A stretch of 64,000 nt of DNA from Callorhinchus milii (GCF_018977255.1 NW_024704742.1:25670001-25734000); one strand, 5' to 3'; shown: positions 10,900 to 24,060, numbered from the stretch's first letter. Numbers and translations: made by a program. The notes: a model not told the origin generated them from the letters alone.

Positions 10900-12340
10900 A
10901 GGCAGAAGAGGATGGTAAAACGTGACCCCGTTCACTTGAAAGCGAACACTTTATGATTTACAGCAGTGATTGATTCGGTTGTTGTCGGGGTAATGGCTGT
11001 GTGTGTGATGGGTTTCTGAGAAAAGCACGACCATTAGTTGGTGTTTATTGCTGGAAAAAAGAAATGCTTAAACCCCTGAAGAAGTGAATCAGCGCCTGGC
11101 TGGACTGACAAATGTAATGGATTAGTCCTGTTAGCTGTGGTTTAGCTGGACAACAGCAGGGGCTTGTAATAAGGATATGATGATGCACCACAAGGAATCC
11201 ATAGACTCATAAAGGCTGACCTTATAAATCTCCACTTTTATCAATTCCATACAGCAACCACTCCCTGTGGTTCAAGTCTCGGACCAATAAACCTGCATCT
11301 GATAACCACAGAATTTATTCTCCTTTTCCCAGGGAAGCTAATCACGCCACATTAATAACTTTGGTAAGAATGGAATTTAATTTTAAAAAGGAGCTGTTAA
11401 AAGTTTGCCTGCATTAACTCAAAATCTTTTAAACTGTTAAAAAGAATCTCTTTTTTTTTGCATGGGATTAAATTATAGGCTCCTTCCGTAGGAAGGAAGG
11501 ATTCAATCACTGTGTTTATTACTGTTGAAAGATTACCAGGGTAACAAGCTTAGACACTTGCCAAAGCCTTGCAATGCATTTGCTTCTATGTTTCACTGCA
11601 ATGGAAAACTACTGAATTATTATGGGCTGCTGACACTAGGAATGAAACCACAAGGCACCGCGAAAGACGTCTCTAATTGATTTAATTATTTATAATTACT
11701 CATCTGGGGTTTATGCGTACTTAAATCTGAGTGAAGGAAAACATGCTAGTCTGCAGCTAATGATGTGTTCCATCATAATTTTGAGTTGGCAATACTGTAA
11801 TTCACAGCCTAACTTCAGGAGAAGTGAGAATCCCTAGTATTAGGCTGGAGCCAGTGGTTGCTTTGAGAAAGCCTCTTGACAATAAGCAATTCTTCATGGC
11901 ACAAAAACTATTACAATGACTGCCCTTTGATCTTGCCTTTCCCCCCCTGTTCTTGACTGAGCTTTGTCACCATCACTGTCATGCACAAGGGAGTGCATTT
12001 GAATGAAGCAATCTTCAGCAATTTACCAAGAGACTGGCTTTGAAGTGCCAACCTCGCCTGGAACATTATTATTTTAAAATCTATATATTTTGGTGGTGGG
12101 GCTGGGGTGGAGTGGAGTGTGTGTTTGTGTGCTGGGGGGGGAGGAGGGGTGGTGGGGGGAAGAGAAGAAAAACAATTATGAGTATTCCAAGGGAGCTTTT
12201 GTGACATAGTCGTTTAGATAGTCAGAATCTCGGAGCCAGAGGCACATCAGGACATCAAAGCGAGAGGGCCTCCTGTGATATAAATGTAAGCAATGATTAA
12301 GCTCTAAAGGTGCACTTTATTAATGTCTACTTCAAAGAAA
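10900..12340. promoter_or_regulatory. Candidate enhancer / conserved non-coding block
   Basis: Repeat-free. TGATTTAC (10954), TGATTGAT (10967), TAATTG/TAATTA cluster (11670-11700), and TCF/LEF-type sites at 11924, 12038, 12252 and 12330. Confidence 0.4.
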
Positions 12341-13984
12341 ACTTTTGCTGACTTTGGGGACTGACTAATTTACACGTTGTGGGAAATAGCTGCAAGTCAT
12401 ACATGGGGACTGCTTTGTGTTGCTGGGGAGGGGGTGGGGTGGGGAGAGTAAAGGAATAGACGCCCCTTTCCCACTCAAACAGACACTGCAAAGCCAAGCC
12501 TGGTGATTGAAACAAGACATTGTTAGAGAGCTCCAAAATTTCAAAATACTGTAACAAAAATGCATCCAAATGTGGTTATTGTACATAAATGAGCATGTAT
12601 TGCAGCATGTTTTACAACCGATCATTCCCAAAATATTGCTACTGCACTAAAACAAACCTGAATGGCAGCATGTTTATTGTATGCTATCAGGAAGCAAAAC
12701 CAGGAATGAAACAGGACATAGAGAATTGGCCCCTAACTCTTATAAAACCTTTATGGCAGCCTGACAGCACATTACTTCAAATAAGAGTTGTGCAAGGTGT
12801 GAAATTGTTCTCCGGCTTAGGTAATAAAGTACAAAGAAATTTTTCCATCCCCTGTATCTTTTTAACAACAACAACTTGTATTTATATAGCGCCCTTCACG
12901 TGGGGTAGCATCCTCGAGCGTTTTAAAAATTGTGAGTTTAAAAAGCATACGGCAAAAAAATTTATAATGTCAATAATTAAAGTTTAAATCATGTGACTTC
13001 CATACCAGCAAGCTCTCTTCCTCCAACTCCATCCCTCCAACCTCTCCCCCACCTCAAAAAAAAATCTCCCTGCCAACCCCACTTCATCTAAAACCCCTGC
13101 CTATGTACTTGGCAGGGAAGCAGACTGGCCACGGGCAAAATGACTGAAAACCACTTAGTAAACCACAAATTTCAGAGCCCTGGTCACATCTGCATTTTAT
13201 CAGCTTTTTCCGGATAGTATTACGCCAAACAATTGTCTGCAGATCTCCAGACAGCGGAGACTTTAAAGTGCTGAGTTACTGAGAAAATGCTCGAGATAAA
13301 AACCAGCACATGTATCCCATCAGTGTAATGAAAGCAACCTGCCACTAGTGCCATGGTGCTTCAGGACACTCGGATACCCAAAGGTAAGGGCCAAGGAGGC
13401 ATCTCATTTAACCCCTAACATACTGACATTGATGATTACATGATTACAGTGAGTTATGTGCTGCTTATATTCCTCTAATATACAAATTATATACTAAAGT
13501 AATTACACTTTTAAACAAGTGAGGACCACTAAAATATGAACAGAATGTTTCGGTGCTAGTTTTGTTTTAAAGAGACAGCCATTCTGTCTAAAATTCACGA
13601 GAGAGGATTTTATGAAGAAGGTCTCATCCTTCCCTTTAAAAAGGCGCTTTACAAATGTAATTTTGTTGTTGTTGTGCCCAAATACTGTACTCATCACACT
13701 TTTTTCCCCATTACAACATCAAAATGTTTCTTAAATCAGTCAAATGTCCTAAAATCAGAGTTATATGTCTGTATATATACATATATATGTATATATATAA
13801 AAACAGCATTGTGGTCTCAACTGCCCTTTCTGGTAACTCGTCTAGCTGTTAATTACCGCCTGTTTAAATAACTGCTTCCATGAGTCTGTCCTAATATTGC
13901 CCTTCTTATCCCAGGACCTGTGTCTTCTTTTGCTGTTGTCTTGTGTATCTGAAAGTAAAATATTTAAGTCACATGGGAGTATTT

Positions 13985-14300
13985 CGTTTTGGAGGCAAGT
14001 CCTTTGGATGAGACATTAAACTGAGGCCCCATCTTCCTGCTTAGGTGGTTGTGAAAAATCCCAAGGCACTAGTCAAAGGGAAAGGGGAGTTTTTCCTTGT
14101 GTCCTGGCCAACATTCCCCTGATAAAATTGGTCATTTACTTTATGACTGTTTATGGGACATTGCTGTGTCAAAATTAACTGCTGCGTTCACCTACAAAAT
14201 ACAGTTATTCCACATTAAATCCTGTGAAGCGATTTGAGACATCCTTCCGACATGATAGATGCTATAACAAATACAAGGATTATGATTATTATGATGATTA
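13985..14300 (+). mobile_element. SINE family B, 5'-truncated
   Basis: ggatgagacattaaactgaggcccc (Meta-like), Deu-like block, tail. Confidence 0.85.
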
Positions 14301-14509
14301 TCACATAAGATGGGAAAAGACTGTTACAATCCAAGTGACCAGGTTGCTGTGTCTATAATTAACAAATTGACTGAAACTCTTTTGAGCGGGGAGTGAAAAT
14401 ATGTATATTTCTAAATTCAGCAAAATCCAGTGGCATCTGGTGAGAAAATAGACTAAGTAGATTATGAAGCTGTCTGGGTTAGTGGAACGCTGACAGTTCT
14501 TCTGACTGG

Positions 14510-15220
14510 ACATAAGAGCATAATAAGATAAGACTATTCAGTTCATCGAGCCTGCTCCAGCACTTTATTAAATCATGCTGATTTGTAATTTAATACCATT
14601 TCCTTGCCCTTTCAACAATAAAACAACAAAATTACATTTATAGAGCGCCTTTCACGTCGGGAGGATCCCAACGTGTCCCAAACAACAACAACAACCACTT
14701 ACATTTATATAGCGCCCCTCACACAGCATCTCAGAGGGTTTTCACCACATTCCATCATACCTCTGCTGACCAAATATTCATCTATCGCCTTCTTAAACTG
14801 ACCCGGTATCTACAACTTTTTGGGCTAGTGAATTATATATGGTTACAGCTGTTCGTGTGATAAACACTTTCTGATTCCATTCTTAACTGGTTTCAACTCT
14901 GATTTTGAGATTAAGTCCTCTTGTTCTGGATTCGCCTAACAGAGGAGAAGATTTCTCTCTGTCCACCTTGTCAAACCCCTTGATCATTTTAAACACCTCA
15001 ATAAGATCACTCCTCAACTCTCTTAGCTCAAGGAAATATAACTCACGTTTGCCCAAACACTCTTCAAGATGTAGTCCCTTCAGCCCAGATACCATTCTGG
15101 TCAATCTCACCTTTGCAAGTGAGAGGACCTGGGTTTGATTCTGTACAACTCAGGCATCATGTTCTTGCTTTTGTATTCCAACGCTTGAGATAAAAGCCAA
15201 CAACCCATTGACTTTTGATT
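14510..15220 (-). mobile_element. CR1 3' region with two short L2 tips inserted (14620-14745)
   Basis: RSDLIEVFKMIKGFDKVDREK..GESRTRG on the minus strand. Confidence 0.85.
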
Positions 15221-15342
15221 GCTGGAATAATGTTTGTTAAGGACTTAGCGGTGGTTAAAACTCTGAAAAAAAGAAAAAAAACTGATGGAAAGGGTTATCT
15301 AAAATCATTTAAGAGATAAATGTGTTATTAGTGCAACAATTA

Positions 15343-15518
15343 GTGGTCATTTTCAATCCATGACTGTTGTGGGACACTGCTGTGTGCAATTGGCTGCCAC
15401 GTTTCGCCCACAAATATACGGTCAATTCACTTCACAGTATATTCTGTGAAGCGCTTTGAGACGTCGAGAAGACATGAGAAGCGCTATATCAAATGCAAGG
15501 ATTATTATTATATTATAA
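15343..15518 (+). mobile_element. SINE family A, 3' half
   Basis: Deu-like block, stem-loop and (ATT)n tail. Confidence 0.88.
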
Positions 15519-15559
15519 CAACATCTAGTTGTCCAAATGATTCAAATCTCTGCCATCCT

Positions 15560-16225
15560 TGTCCTCAACCGTACCAGGCTCTTCATACCCATAACCTCAA
15601 TTCTTGTCAGGCGCCATTGGCACACCTTTGCAGAACAGATCGATTTCAAGATCCTCATTCTCACTTGAAAGGCTGTGGCAATTTCCTACCTCTCCGATCT
15701 GCTCACACCTCACTCCTTTACCCGGCAACTTCCCTCATCTGGTTTGGGTCTTCTGCATGTCCCTCGTCCCCTCCGCTCCACAATCAGTGGCCGTTCTTTC
15801 AGCCGCTATGCCCTGAATCTCTGGCAGAACTCGCTGCTTTACTCCTTCTCTTTTGGCCCCTGTTTGCCCGTCTTCAAATGACACCTGAAGATAAGAACAT
15901 AAGAACATCAGAAACACTGGACAAAAAAAGATCAAGGTCCATCTAGTTTGCCTTCCACTTTCCTGGCGATCGCATGCACATATGTCCCAAACTACCTATG
16001 TGCTATATCCCATAATGTTGCATCCTAAAAGAAAATGATCTAATCTGTGTTTGAAAAACTCAACACTTCCTGCTTCAACCCTTTCCCTAGGAAGCCTGTT
16101 CCACAGGTTCACTATTCGCTCACTGAAATAGTATTTGCATAGATTTGTTCTGAATTTACCCCCAGAGGCACACTGAAAGATTTTCCTCTTTGACAGTGCC
16201 TTCAGTCATCTCCCCTCCCTTTCTG
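15560..16225 (+). mobile_element. L2 3' region interrupted by an antisense CR1 3' end (about 15891-16165)
   Basis: LSDLLTPH..RQLPSSGLGLLHVPR..GRSFSRYALNLW. The CR1 begins with an ATAAGAAC tandem tail, and L2 resumes at cactgaaagattttcctctttgac. Confidence 0.75.
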
Positions 16226-17699
16226 TCTAAAATAAAAAATTAAAATAATGAATCCAACGATTTTACAGATTGAAAACACATGACAAGGACAATAGAAAAT
16301 TCTCACCAAGGAGCACTCCAGGGACTTTTATACCAAATTGTGGGCAGGAGAATGGAAGAATGAAGTCCATTCTCCTGGAGAATGAGATCACAACTCACAC
16401 TTTCATCAATTCTTTGCTCCATAACAAATTAAAGGACTGCTCTAGAAAACTCCATTCTACTTACCAACCTTAATTACAGTGACTTTGAGTCATCCATGAG
16501 GTCTCCCAACTCTAAAATGCTGAAGTCAGGTAGGAAAATAGGAAAACAGGAACAAGAAGAGGCCATTCAGACCATCTTGCCTGTCCCACCATTTTTTTAG
16601 ATCTTGTCATAACTTTTAATCTCATATGCCATGATACCTCCTACATTGCAGTTGCCAGATGTATCTTCATGGCTTAAGATTCGGTTTTGTTCTTTCACAA
16701 ACTTAAAAAAGAAGTCTACCGTCTCAGAGCTTGTATTAATAGAATATTTTATTATTCTATAACTCCTACATAAATCAGAGCCAAAAAGAATTACCTGGTA
16801 TAATTTGGTGAGATTATCTCTACACAATGTCACAATTCGCTGCAAGATGCTACGCCATGTGAAGGGAGCTATATAAATGCAAGTTGTTGTTATTGTCGTT
16901 GTTTTCCCAATGGCCTTTTTTCTCTTAAGTGGCCTACATCAGCACTGGATTTAGCTGTTGTAGAGCTTCACAGATGCTGACAGTCCTCCAGGACCAAGCA
17001 GTAATTCTTCATGTTTGACTGTGGACAGTGAGTGTTGGCCACAGAGGTTCTTCACAGCTGAGCTGATTCCTATTTATACCCAACAATGAGATGGGTTTAT
17101 TTGGATTGGAGTATCAACCCTTTGACCACGCTCTGAGCTGACACTCCATTGCAATTTTGGTGTACTATGTCGTCGGTTAGCACAGGGTCTACAGTCGTCC
17201 AGTGGTATTAAATGAGACACTATTATATTGAACGGCCATATTAAAGGGCTTTAACGGTGTCCTGCATTGTTCTTATTCATAACAAGGGAGATTTGTCTCC
17301 AGAATGAAAAAAGGGTCGGTGCTATGGGGACACAGTTACATCATGTAAGGGGCACAATAATGGAGGCTTGTGCTTTGACATGTCCTCCCATTGTGAAAGG
17401 TGCTATATAAGTGTAAATTATATTGTAATTGTATTTTCCGACTACTGCTGTTGAGATAATGGAAGCAGACCCGGGATAAAAAGCCTGAAGTATAGATGCC
17501 TGATACTTCTCCTGTCCTCCATGACTTTTATTTCAATAGTGACGATAGCTGGAGTAATTCGCTACACATTATTCAGTCTCTTGTGAGGTGAGTATGATCT
17601 ACACACCAGCTTATTTTTACTAAAATAAAAATTGTTTATTTACAATAAATTGTGTTTATTTATATGCAAGGTACTATATACAGGAAGTAAGAATAGCAA

Positions 17700-18082
17700 T
17701 ATAATAATAGTAATAATCTTTGCATTTTATATAGCGCCTTATCATGTCTTCGAGATGTCTCAAAGCGCTTTACAGAATATACTGTAAAGTGAATTGACTG
17801 TATATTTTGTAGAGCCAAACACGGCAGCCAATTGCGCACAACAGTGTCCCACAAACGGTCGTGGATTGAAGTGACCAATTCATTATTATTATTTTTTTGA
17901 AGGAATTATTAATCCTGGAAAAACGACCTGCCAATCGACTAACAACTGGGTTCCTAATTACTGCTAGGTAAACAGAGGCTTGTGGAGTAAGGAAGCTTGC
18001 CCAACATTTCACCGTGCCGGGAATCAACCCCAGGTCTCTCACTTGCGAGGCAAGTGCTCTAACCACTGAGCTACAGGACTCC
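17700..18082 (-). mobile_element. SINE family A, long subfamily, full length
   Basis: All modules present. Confidence 0.93.
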
Positions 18083-18420
18083 GAAATACAAGTACTGCAT
18101 GAATGGGATAGAACTTGACAAGGGGGAAGCTGAAAGAGATCTTGGGATGGAAGATAACTCATCACTCAGTGTGTCAAAACATTGTGAGGCAGTAATAAAG
18201 AATGCAGACAGGATACTAGGCTATATTTCTAAATCAGTTGAGTCCATGCCCCCAGAGGCACACTCAAGCTTTTTAGTGCCCTGACATGCTGTACCAAGAG
18301 TACTGCATACATTCTAGTTGTTCATAACAGACATCAGGAAATATTTATTTACCCAGAGGGTAATTAACGACCAGAACAGGTTACCAGGAAGAGTAGTTGA
18401 GACTAGGATACTGTAATCAT
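18083..18420 (+). mobile_element. CR1 ORF2 fragments, old
   Basis: ERDLGM..SLSVSKHCEAVIKNADRILGYI. Confidence 0.8.
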
Positions 18421-19139
18421 TTGTCTTATTGTTGGACTTATTTGTAATTTACCTGGTAATGTAGAAACAAAAGAGCACAATAATAAATTAACAAATAAAT
18501 CACAGCCTTATTTATTAAAATTAATTGAGACTTACATTCACAGTTAAGAAATCATCTATCGCCTGAGATTCATGTTTAGTAACCAGTTTTAATTATGTGC
18601 CATGAACGATATCACACATTTGCAAGGCAATCTGGCTTTTACACTGTAAAAGATGTGATCAGACAGAATCATTTGAAATATGTTAAGCTGGGAAAACAAA
18701 GTGGCAATAATGTGCAGTGCATTTTTCTTCAAACAGAGGAAATTACCAGGTATTTACATTTTCTCTTACATTGTGTCAGAAATCATATTGAACATCTGGA
18801 AAGTCAAATGTATGTGGTGAAGTGTCTCTGAAGTGATGGGATATAAAAGCTTGAAGGAGCTGAATGTGTCAAATGTTATCTCAGAGGCTTCGGAAGGAGA
18901 ACTGTGCTAGTTCTTACATTCTGCTACAGATAGAGTGGGCTCCATGTTTCACTATTGAGAACCTACTTTATGTGGATTGCTAAAAACATCGATCTTTTCC
19001 ACCGAGTCTTTGAAACAGTCCATTATACAGAAATAATGCAAAAGATTGCTAAATTTAGCGATCAGTGTAAGTCAGGCCCCATTATCTTCAACTTGTGAAG
19101 ATCCCGAAAGAAAGTGCACAGATGATTGACCAGTTACAA

Positions 19140-19975
19140 GGTCTGGTTCACTGGGCTTTACGGAAGTGCTTTGACCTCCATCATTGCTGTTTAATTTTGT
19201 TCAATAACAATATGTTTTCATTGTACTTTGCCAGTTAATGGCCCATGTGCGTGTTTAATAATATGTATTCTAATGCATACATTTAATACAGACATTTAAT
19301 AATATGTATTCTAATGTTTAATAATATGTAATTATATCCTTCAAGACCTGGCTCAAGACCCTCCTCTTCGACCATACTTTGGATCACCCTCCATCCCCCC
19401 TGTCCTCCACCCTCCCCGATCCTGACCCCCAGCTCGGGTCCGAAACACTGATTGTCCAGCGCCTTGGGACATCTCCCAATATGAAAGGCACTATACAAAT
19501 GTGATTTTGTTATCGTTGTTGTTGTTGTTGTATTAATTGTACTTTGCCAGTTACTGGCCCATGTACATAACCTATTAAACTTGTTTTGCAAGACCTTTGT
19601 TGTCTCCTCTGATTCCACAGTTATCCCCATCTTGGTATCATCTGTAATTACCCCGTAAATCCGGGTCATTGATATATATGAGGAACGGGGGAGATTCCAG
19701 TACAGACCCCTGAGGTACCCTGCTGAATGCCTCCCCCCATTTTGACCTCACTCCTCTAACTACTACACTCTGCTTTCTTCTCTTAAGCCAATCATTTCCA
19801 TGTCTTGCCCTTGAAACCCAGTGATAACCATTGGTCAAGGAATCTTTTATGAGGTACATTGTCAAATGCCTTTTGGAAGTCTAGGTACACTATGTCATAC
19901 AGTTATTCATAGGCAGTTTGGGTTGTCACCTCATCAAAAAAATCTATGAAGTTGGTTAGATAATATCTAGCCATT
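19140..19975 (-). mobile_element. CR1 RT-domain remnant (interrupted by L2)
   Basis: YLDFQKAFD at about 19860-19890, RVPQGSVL..FLIYIND, and TDDTKMG. Confidence 0.85.
19339..19531 (+). mobile_element. L2 3' end
   Basis: Stem-loop agcgccttgg...aaggcact and (TTG)n tail. Confidence 0.88.
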
Positions 19976-19977
19976 TT

Positions 19978-20392
19978 CATAGAATCATAGAATTTTACAG
20001 CTCAGAAGGAAGCCATTCGGCCCATCGTCTCTGTGCGGCTCTTTGAAAAGAGCTATCCAATTCAATCCCACTCCCTTGCTCTCTCCCCATAGCCCTGCAA
20101 ACTTGTCCTCCCCAAATAATTATCTACTTCTCTCTTAAAAGTTGTTATTGGATCGGCTTTCACCACCCTTTCAGGCAATGCATTCCAGATCAAACAACTC
20201 GCTGTGAAACAATTTCTCTTCACCTCCTCTCTGTTTCTTTTAACAACTTTTTAAAATCAGTGTCCTCGGGTTACCGACCCGCATGCCAGTGGAAATAATT
20301 TCTCACTGTTCACCCTATCGAATCCCTCAGAATTTTGAAAACTTCTATTAAGTTTTCTCTTAACCTTCTCTGTTCCAAATGGAATAATCCTA
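19978..20392 (-). mobile_element. CR1 3' end
   Basis: catagaatcatagaat tail and typical CR1 3' UTR. Confidence 0.85.
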
Positions 20393-20507
20393 GCTGGCTG
20401 TCATTTATTAGGTTATTTTTATATAAGTAATCTTCCATTTTCATCCTGATGATTAACTCCATTTTTCCAATCATTGAGGTCTATAGATCAGTGGCCTTTC
20501 TTCAATA

Positions 20508-20887
20508 TAATAATAATAATCCTTGCATTTGATTTAGCACCTTATCATGTCTTCGAGATGTCTCAAAGTGCTTCACAGAATATACTGTAGAGTAAATTGA
20601 CTGTATTTTGTAGGTGAAACGTAGCAGCCAATTGCGCACGGCAGTGTCCCACAAACAGTCGTGGATTGAGTGACCAAATTATCATTATTTTTCATATTTT
20701 TTTAATTGAAGGAATTATTCCCCCAGAAAAGTGATCCGCCAATCTACTAACAGCCGGATTCCTACTTACTGCTGGTAAACGGCATGTGGAGGAAGGAAAC
20801 TTGCCTCAAGTTTCGCCCTGCCGGGAATTGAACCCAGGTCCTCTCGCTAGCGAGGCGAGTACTCTAACCACTACGCTACAGGACTCC
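20508..20887 (-). mobile_element. SINE family A, long subfamily, full length with probable TSD
   Basis: All modules present. caatata flanks both sides (20503-20509, 20889-20895). Confidence 0.93.
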
Positions 20888-21632
20888 ACAATATAGGAAC
20901 CAAGGTTGCTTGCTTCCAGTCTGTTAGAACCTCCCAGTGGTGATTGACTCCCTAATAATACCTGTCATTGCTGCACATATCTCCCACCTTGTCTTCCTAA
21001 GTCTTCCTGAGATACAGTTCCTGGCAGATGTGTTAGTTTTCAGCTACTTGAGCCTAACTATAACCTCAGTTTCACACATATCAAAGTCCTGAAGCTCAAA
21101 TAATGTTTGCTGGATGTTGGGAGCACGTTTTTAGTGACGTGCTTGGTAAAAAATCTCCAAGAAACAGTCATTGAATAATAATAATAATAATTCTTGCATT
21201 TGATATAGCGCCTTATCATGTCTTTGAGACGTCTCAATGCGCTTCACAGGAATATACTGCAAAGTGAATTGACTGAATATTTTGTGGGCGAAAACCGGCA
21301 ACATTTTGCACACAGTTGAGTCAGCAGATTTTTTTTGAAGGGATTATTTATCATTAAGGAAGGGATTATCATTATCAGTTATTACAGTATGTTCACTATA
21401 TCTTGTTCAGTCTCTTTTCAACCCCTCTGAATCCCTTTGGGGTTTTAAATCTTTCCTGAGTATGGTTCTCCTGTTATAATATTGCTTAGAAAAAAAATCC
21501 CTGTCAATATATAACTTTAAACTTGCATATCTGTGTCAATGCATGGGGCCAGGGATTTTATGTGTTTTTGTGGGGGGAAAAAAAAGGGATGATGTACAAC
21601 CTGCAGGTAACTTGCAGGAAACAGTTTTAAAA

Positions 21633-22008
21633 AGTTGTGGGTTCAGGTCCTACATCAAAACTTTATTGTCTAGGTACAGTACAGTTTTGAGGGAACACTG
21701 ATTGTTGGAGATGCCGTCTTTTGGATAAGATCTTAAGAGGTCCCATCTGCTTGTTCAGGTGGTCATTGAAGATCTCATGGCACTATTCAAAAGGAAAAGG
21801 GAGTTTTGCCCGGTGTCCTGGACAACAATCCCCAAGACAAAATTGACGATTCACTTCATGGCTGTTTGTGGGCCATTGCTGTGCACAATTTGGCTGCTAT
21901 GTGGTCCTACACAATACACAATCATGACATTTTACAGAAAACTTTGAAGCACTTTGAGACATTTTGGCGTCGTAGGTGCTATATCAAATGCAAGGATTAT
22001 TATTGTAA
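21633..22008 (+). mobile_element. SINE family B
   Basis: gttgtgggttcaggtcc Box B, Meta-like, Deu-like, tail. Confidence 0.85.
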
Positions 22009-22087
22009 TAATTAGAGATATTAACAACAACGAGATTACATTTGCATAGTGCCTTTTACGTCGGGAGGACATCCCAAGGCGCTGACA

Positions 22088-22310
22088 TAATAATAATAAT
22101 AATAATAATAATCCTTGCATTTGATATAGCGCTTTTCACGTCGGGAGGACGTCCCAAAGCGCTTCACAGAACACACTGTAAAGTGAATTGACTGTATATA
22201 TTTGTGGGCGAACGCGGCAGCCAATTGCGCACAGCAATGTCCCACAAACAGTCGTAGATTGAAAATGACCAATTTATTATTGTTTTTGGTTTTGGAGGGT
22301 TTATTATTCG
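22088..22310 (-). mobile_element. SINE family A, 3' part (young)
   Basis: Near-identical to 53577-53800. Confidence 0.9.
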
Positions 22311-22552
22311 AAACTATTGTAAATGCAATGGGAACACATCAAAGTACCACAGCTATATTGACCTGGTATTTTTTACTTCCAGAGTAAAATGATAATTTGT
22401 ACTGAAGTTCAACAAATCTCTTTTACCGATGTTAACAGATCCCAAATTTTCACTTCAACAGAAGCTCCCAAAGCTGTAATAATTACAAAATGGCCCAATT
22501 GTTTTTTTTAAATGTTAGCAATAATAATACTAATAATCCTTGCAGTTGATAT

Positions 22553-22815
22553 AATAATAATCTTTATATTTGATATAGCACTTACCACGTCAAAGCATTT
22601 CACAGAATATTTAGTAAAGTGGATTGACTGTATATTTGTGAGCGAAATGCTGCAGCCATTTGCACACAGCAGTGTCCCACAAACAACCATGAAATGAGTG
22701 ACCAATTTTATAAATTTTGGTGGGGGTGGGGTGAAATGATCCACCAATCGACTAATAACAGGGTTCCTACTTACTGCTGGGTAAACAGAGGAGTGTGGAG
22801 TAAGGAAACTTGACT
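22553..22815 (-). mobile_element. SINE family A, long subfamily, headless
   Basis: CORE-like segment, Deu-like block, tail. A further 3' fragment lies at 22858-22970. Confidence 0.88.
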
Positions 22816-23682
22816 AAGAACAATGAAGCAAGGATTAAAACAACTTAAATTGAGTTATAATAATAGTAATAATCCTTGCATTTGATATAGCGCTTTTCAC
22901 ATCTTCTCAACGTCTCAAAGCGCTTCACAGAATAGACTGTAAAGTGAATTGACTGTATATTTGTGGGCGAGTTCCTCACCAGAGTGCAAGGATGGTGAGA
23001 TCAGCGACAGCAGATGCCAAGTCTACTGCAGCCTTTCTGTAGAAAACCTCTGACTTATTATTACTGTTAAAAAAACAAGACAGACGCAATCCAGGGGAAA
23101 TCTGGCGAACACCACATCAGCCACATTGCACACTAAAAGAGAGGAAGCAGTTTTGTATTTAACTTTGTAAGCACTTTGTTTCACTTTGCCACAAATTAAA
23201 TTCAGCGAATTGTTGCTTTGCTGAAATGAAGGGGCAACAATTGACCCAGTCATAAAGCTGCTACCTATGAAGACACTGGACTCTCTGTCGCACCAGTGAT
23301 AGCCTTTGCTTGTTTGTTTGCAGCAGATATACTCTGAGGGTGTGGAGCTCATTACCACAAATGGCTGTGGAGGCTGGATCAAGACCACCAATCAAAGGAA
23401 ACTGGATACACACTTGAGTAAGCAGTAAAAACATTAAGGGATATGAAGGAAAGAGTTGGACAGTGGGATTAACAAAATAAAGGGTGTCTTAGAGAAACAG
23501 GTTCAGTGACACAGACAAGATGCATCAAGATGCTGCGGGCAAACTTTGTGGGATTTATAAACTATCCCTAAACATGAACACCCCTATACAGGTGAGTGGC
23601 CTACTGGATCCAGCACTAAATTTTTCTCAGGCCCAGTTTGGAACAATTCTACTTAGAATAAAAATAATAATGATGATCAAAC

Positions 23683-24060
23683 TAATAATCCTTGCTTTTG
23701 ACAAAGCGCCTTATCACGTTGAGACATCTCAAAGCGCTTCACAGAATATACCGTAAAGCAAATTGACTGTATATTTTGTGGTTGAAATGCGGCAGCCAAT
23801 TGCGCACAGCAGTGTCCCACAAACAGTCGTGGATTGAATGACCAAATTACCAAATTACTTACTAACTAATTATTTTTTAAGGGATTATTATCCCTGGAAA
23901 GTGATTCGCCAATCAACTAACAACTAGGTTCCTACTTATTGCGAGGTAAACAGAGGCTTGTGTCGTAAGGAAACTTGCCCAACATTTCGCCGTGCCGGGA
24001 ATCAACCCCAGGTTTCTCACTTGCAAGGTGAGCATGCTGACCACTAAGCTACAGGACTCC
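23683..24060 (-). mobile_element. SINE family A, long subfamily, full length
   Basis: All modules present. Confidence 0.93.
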
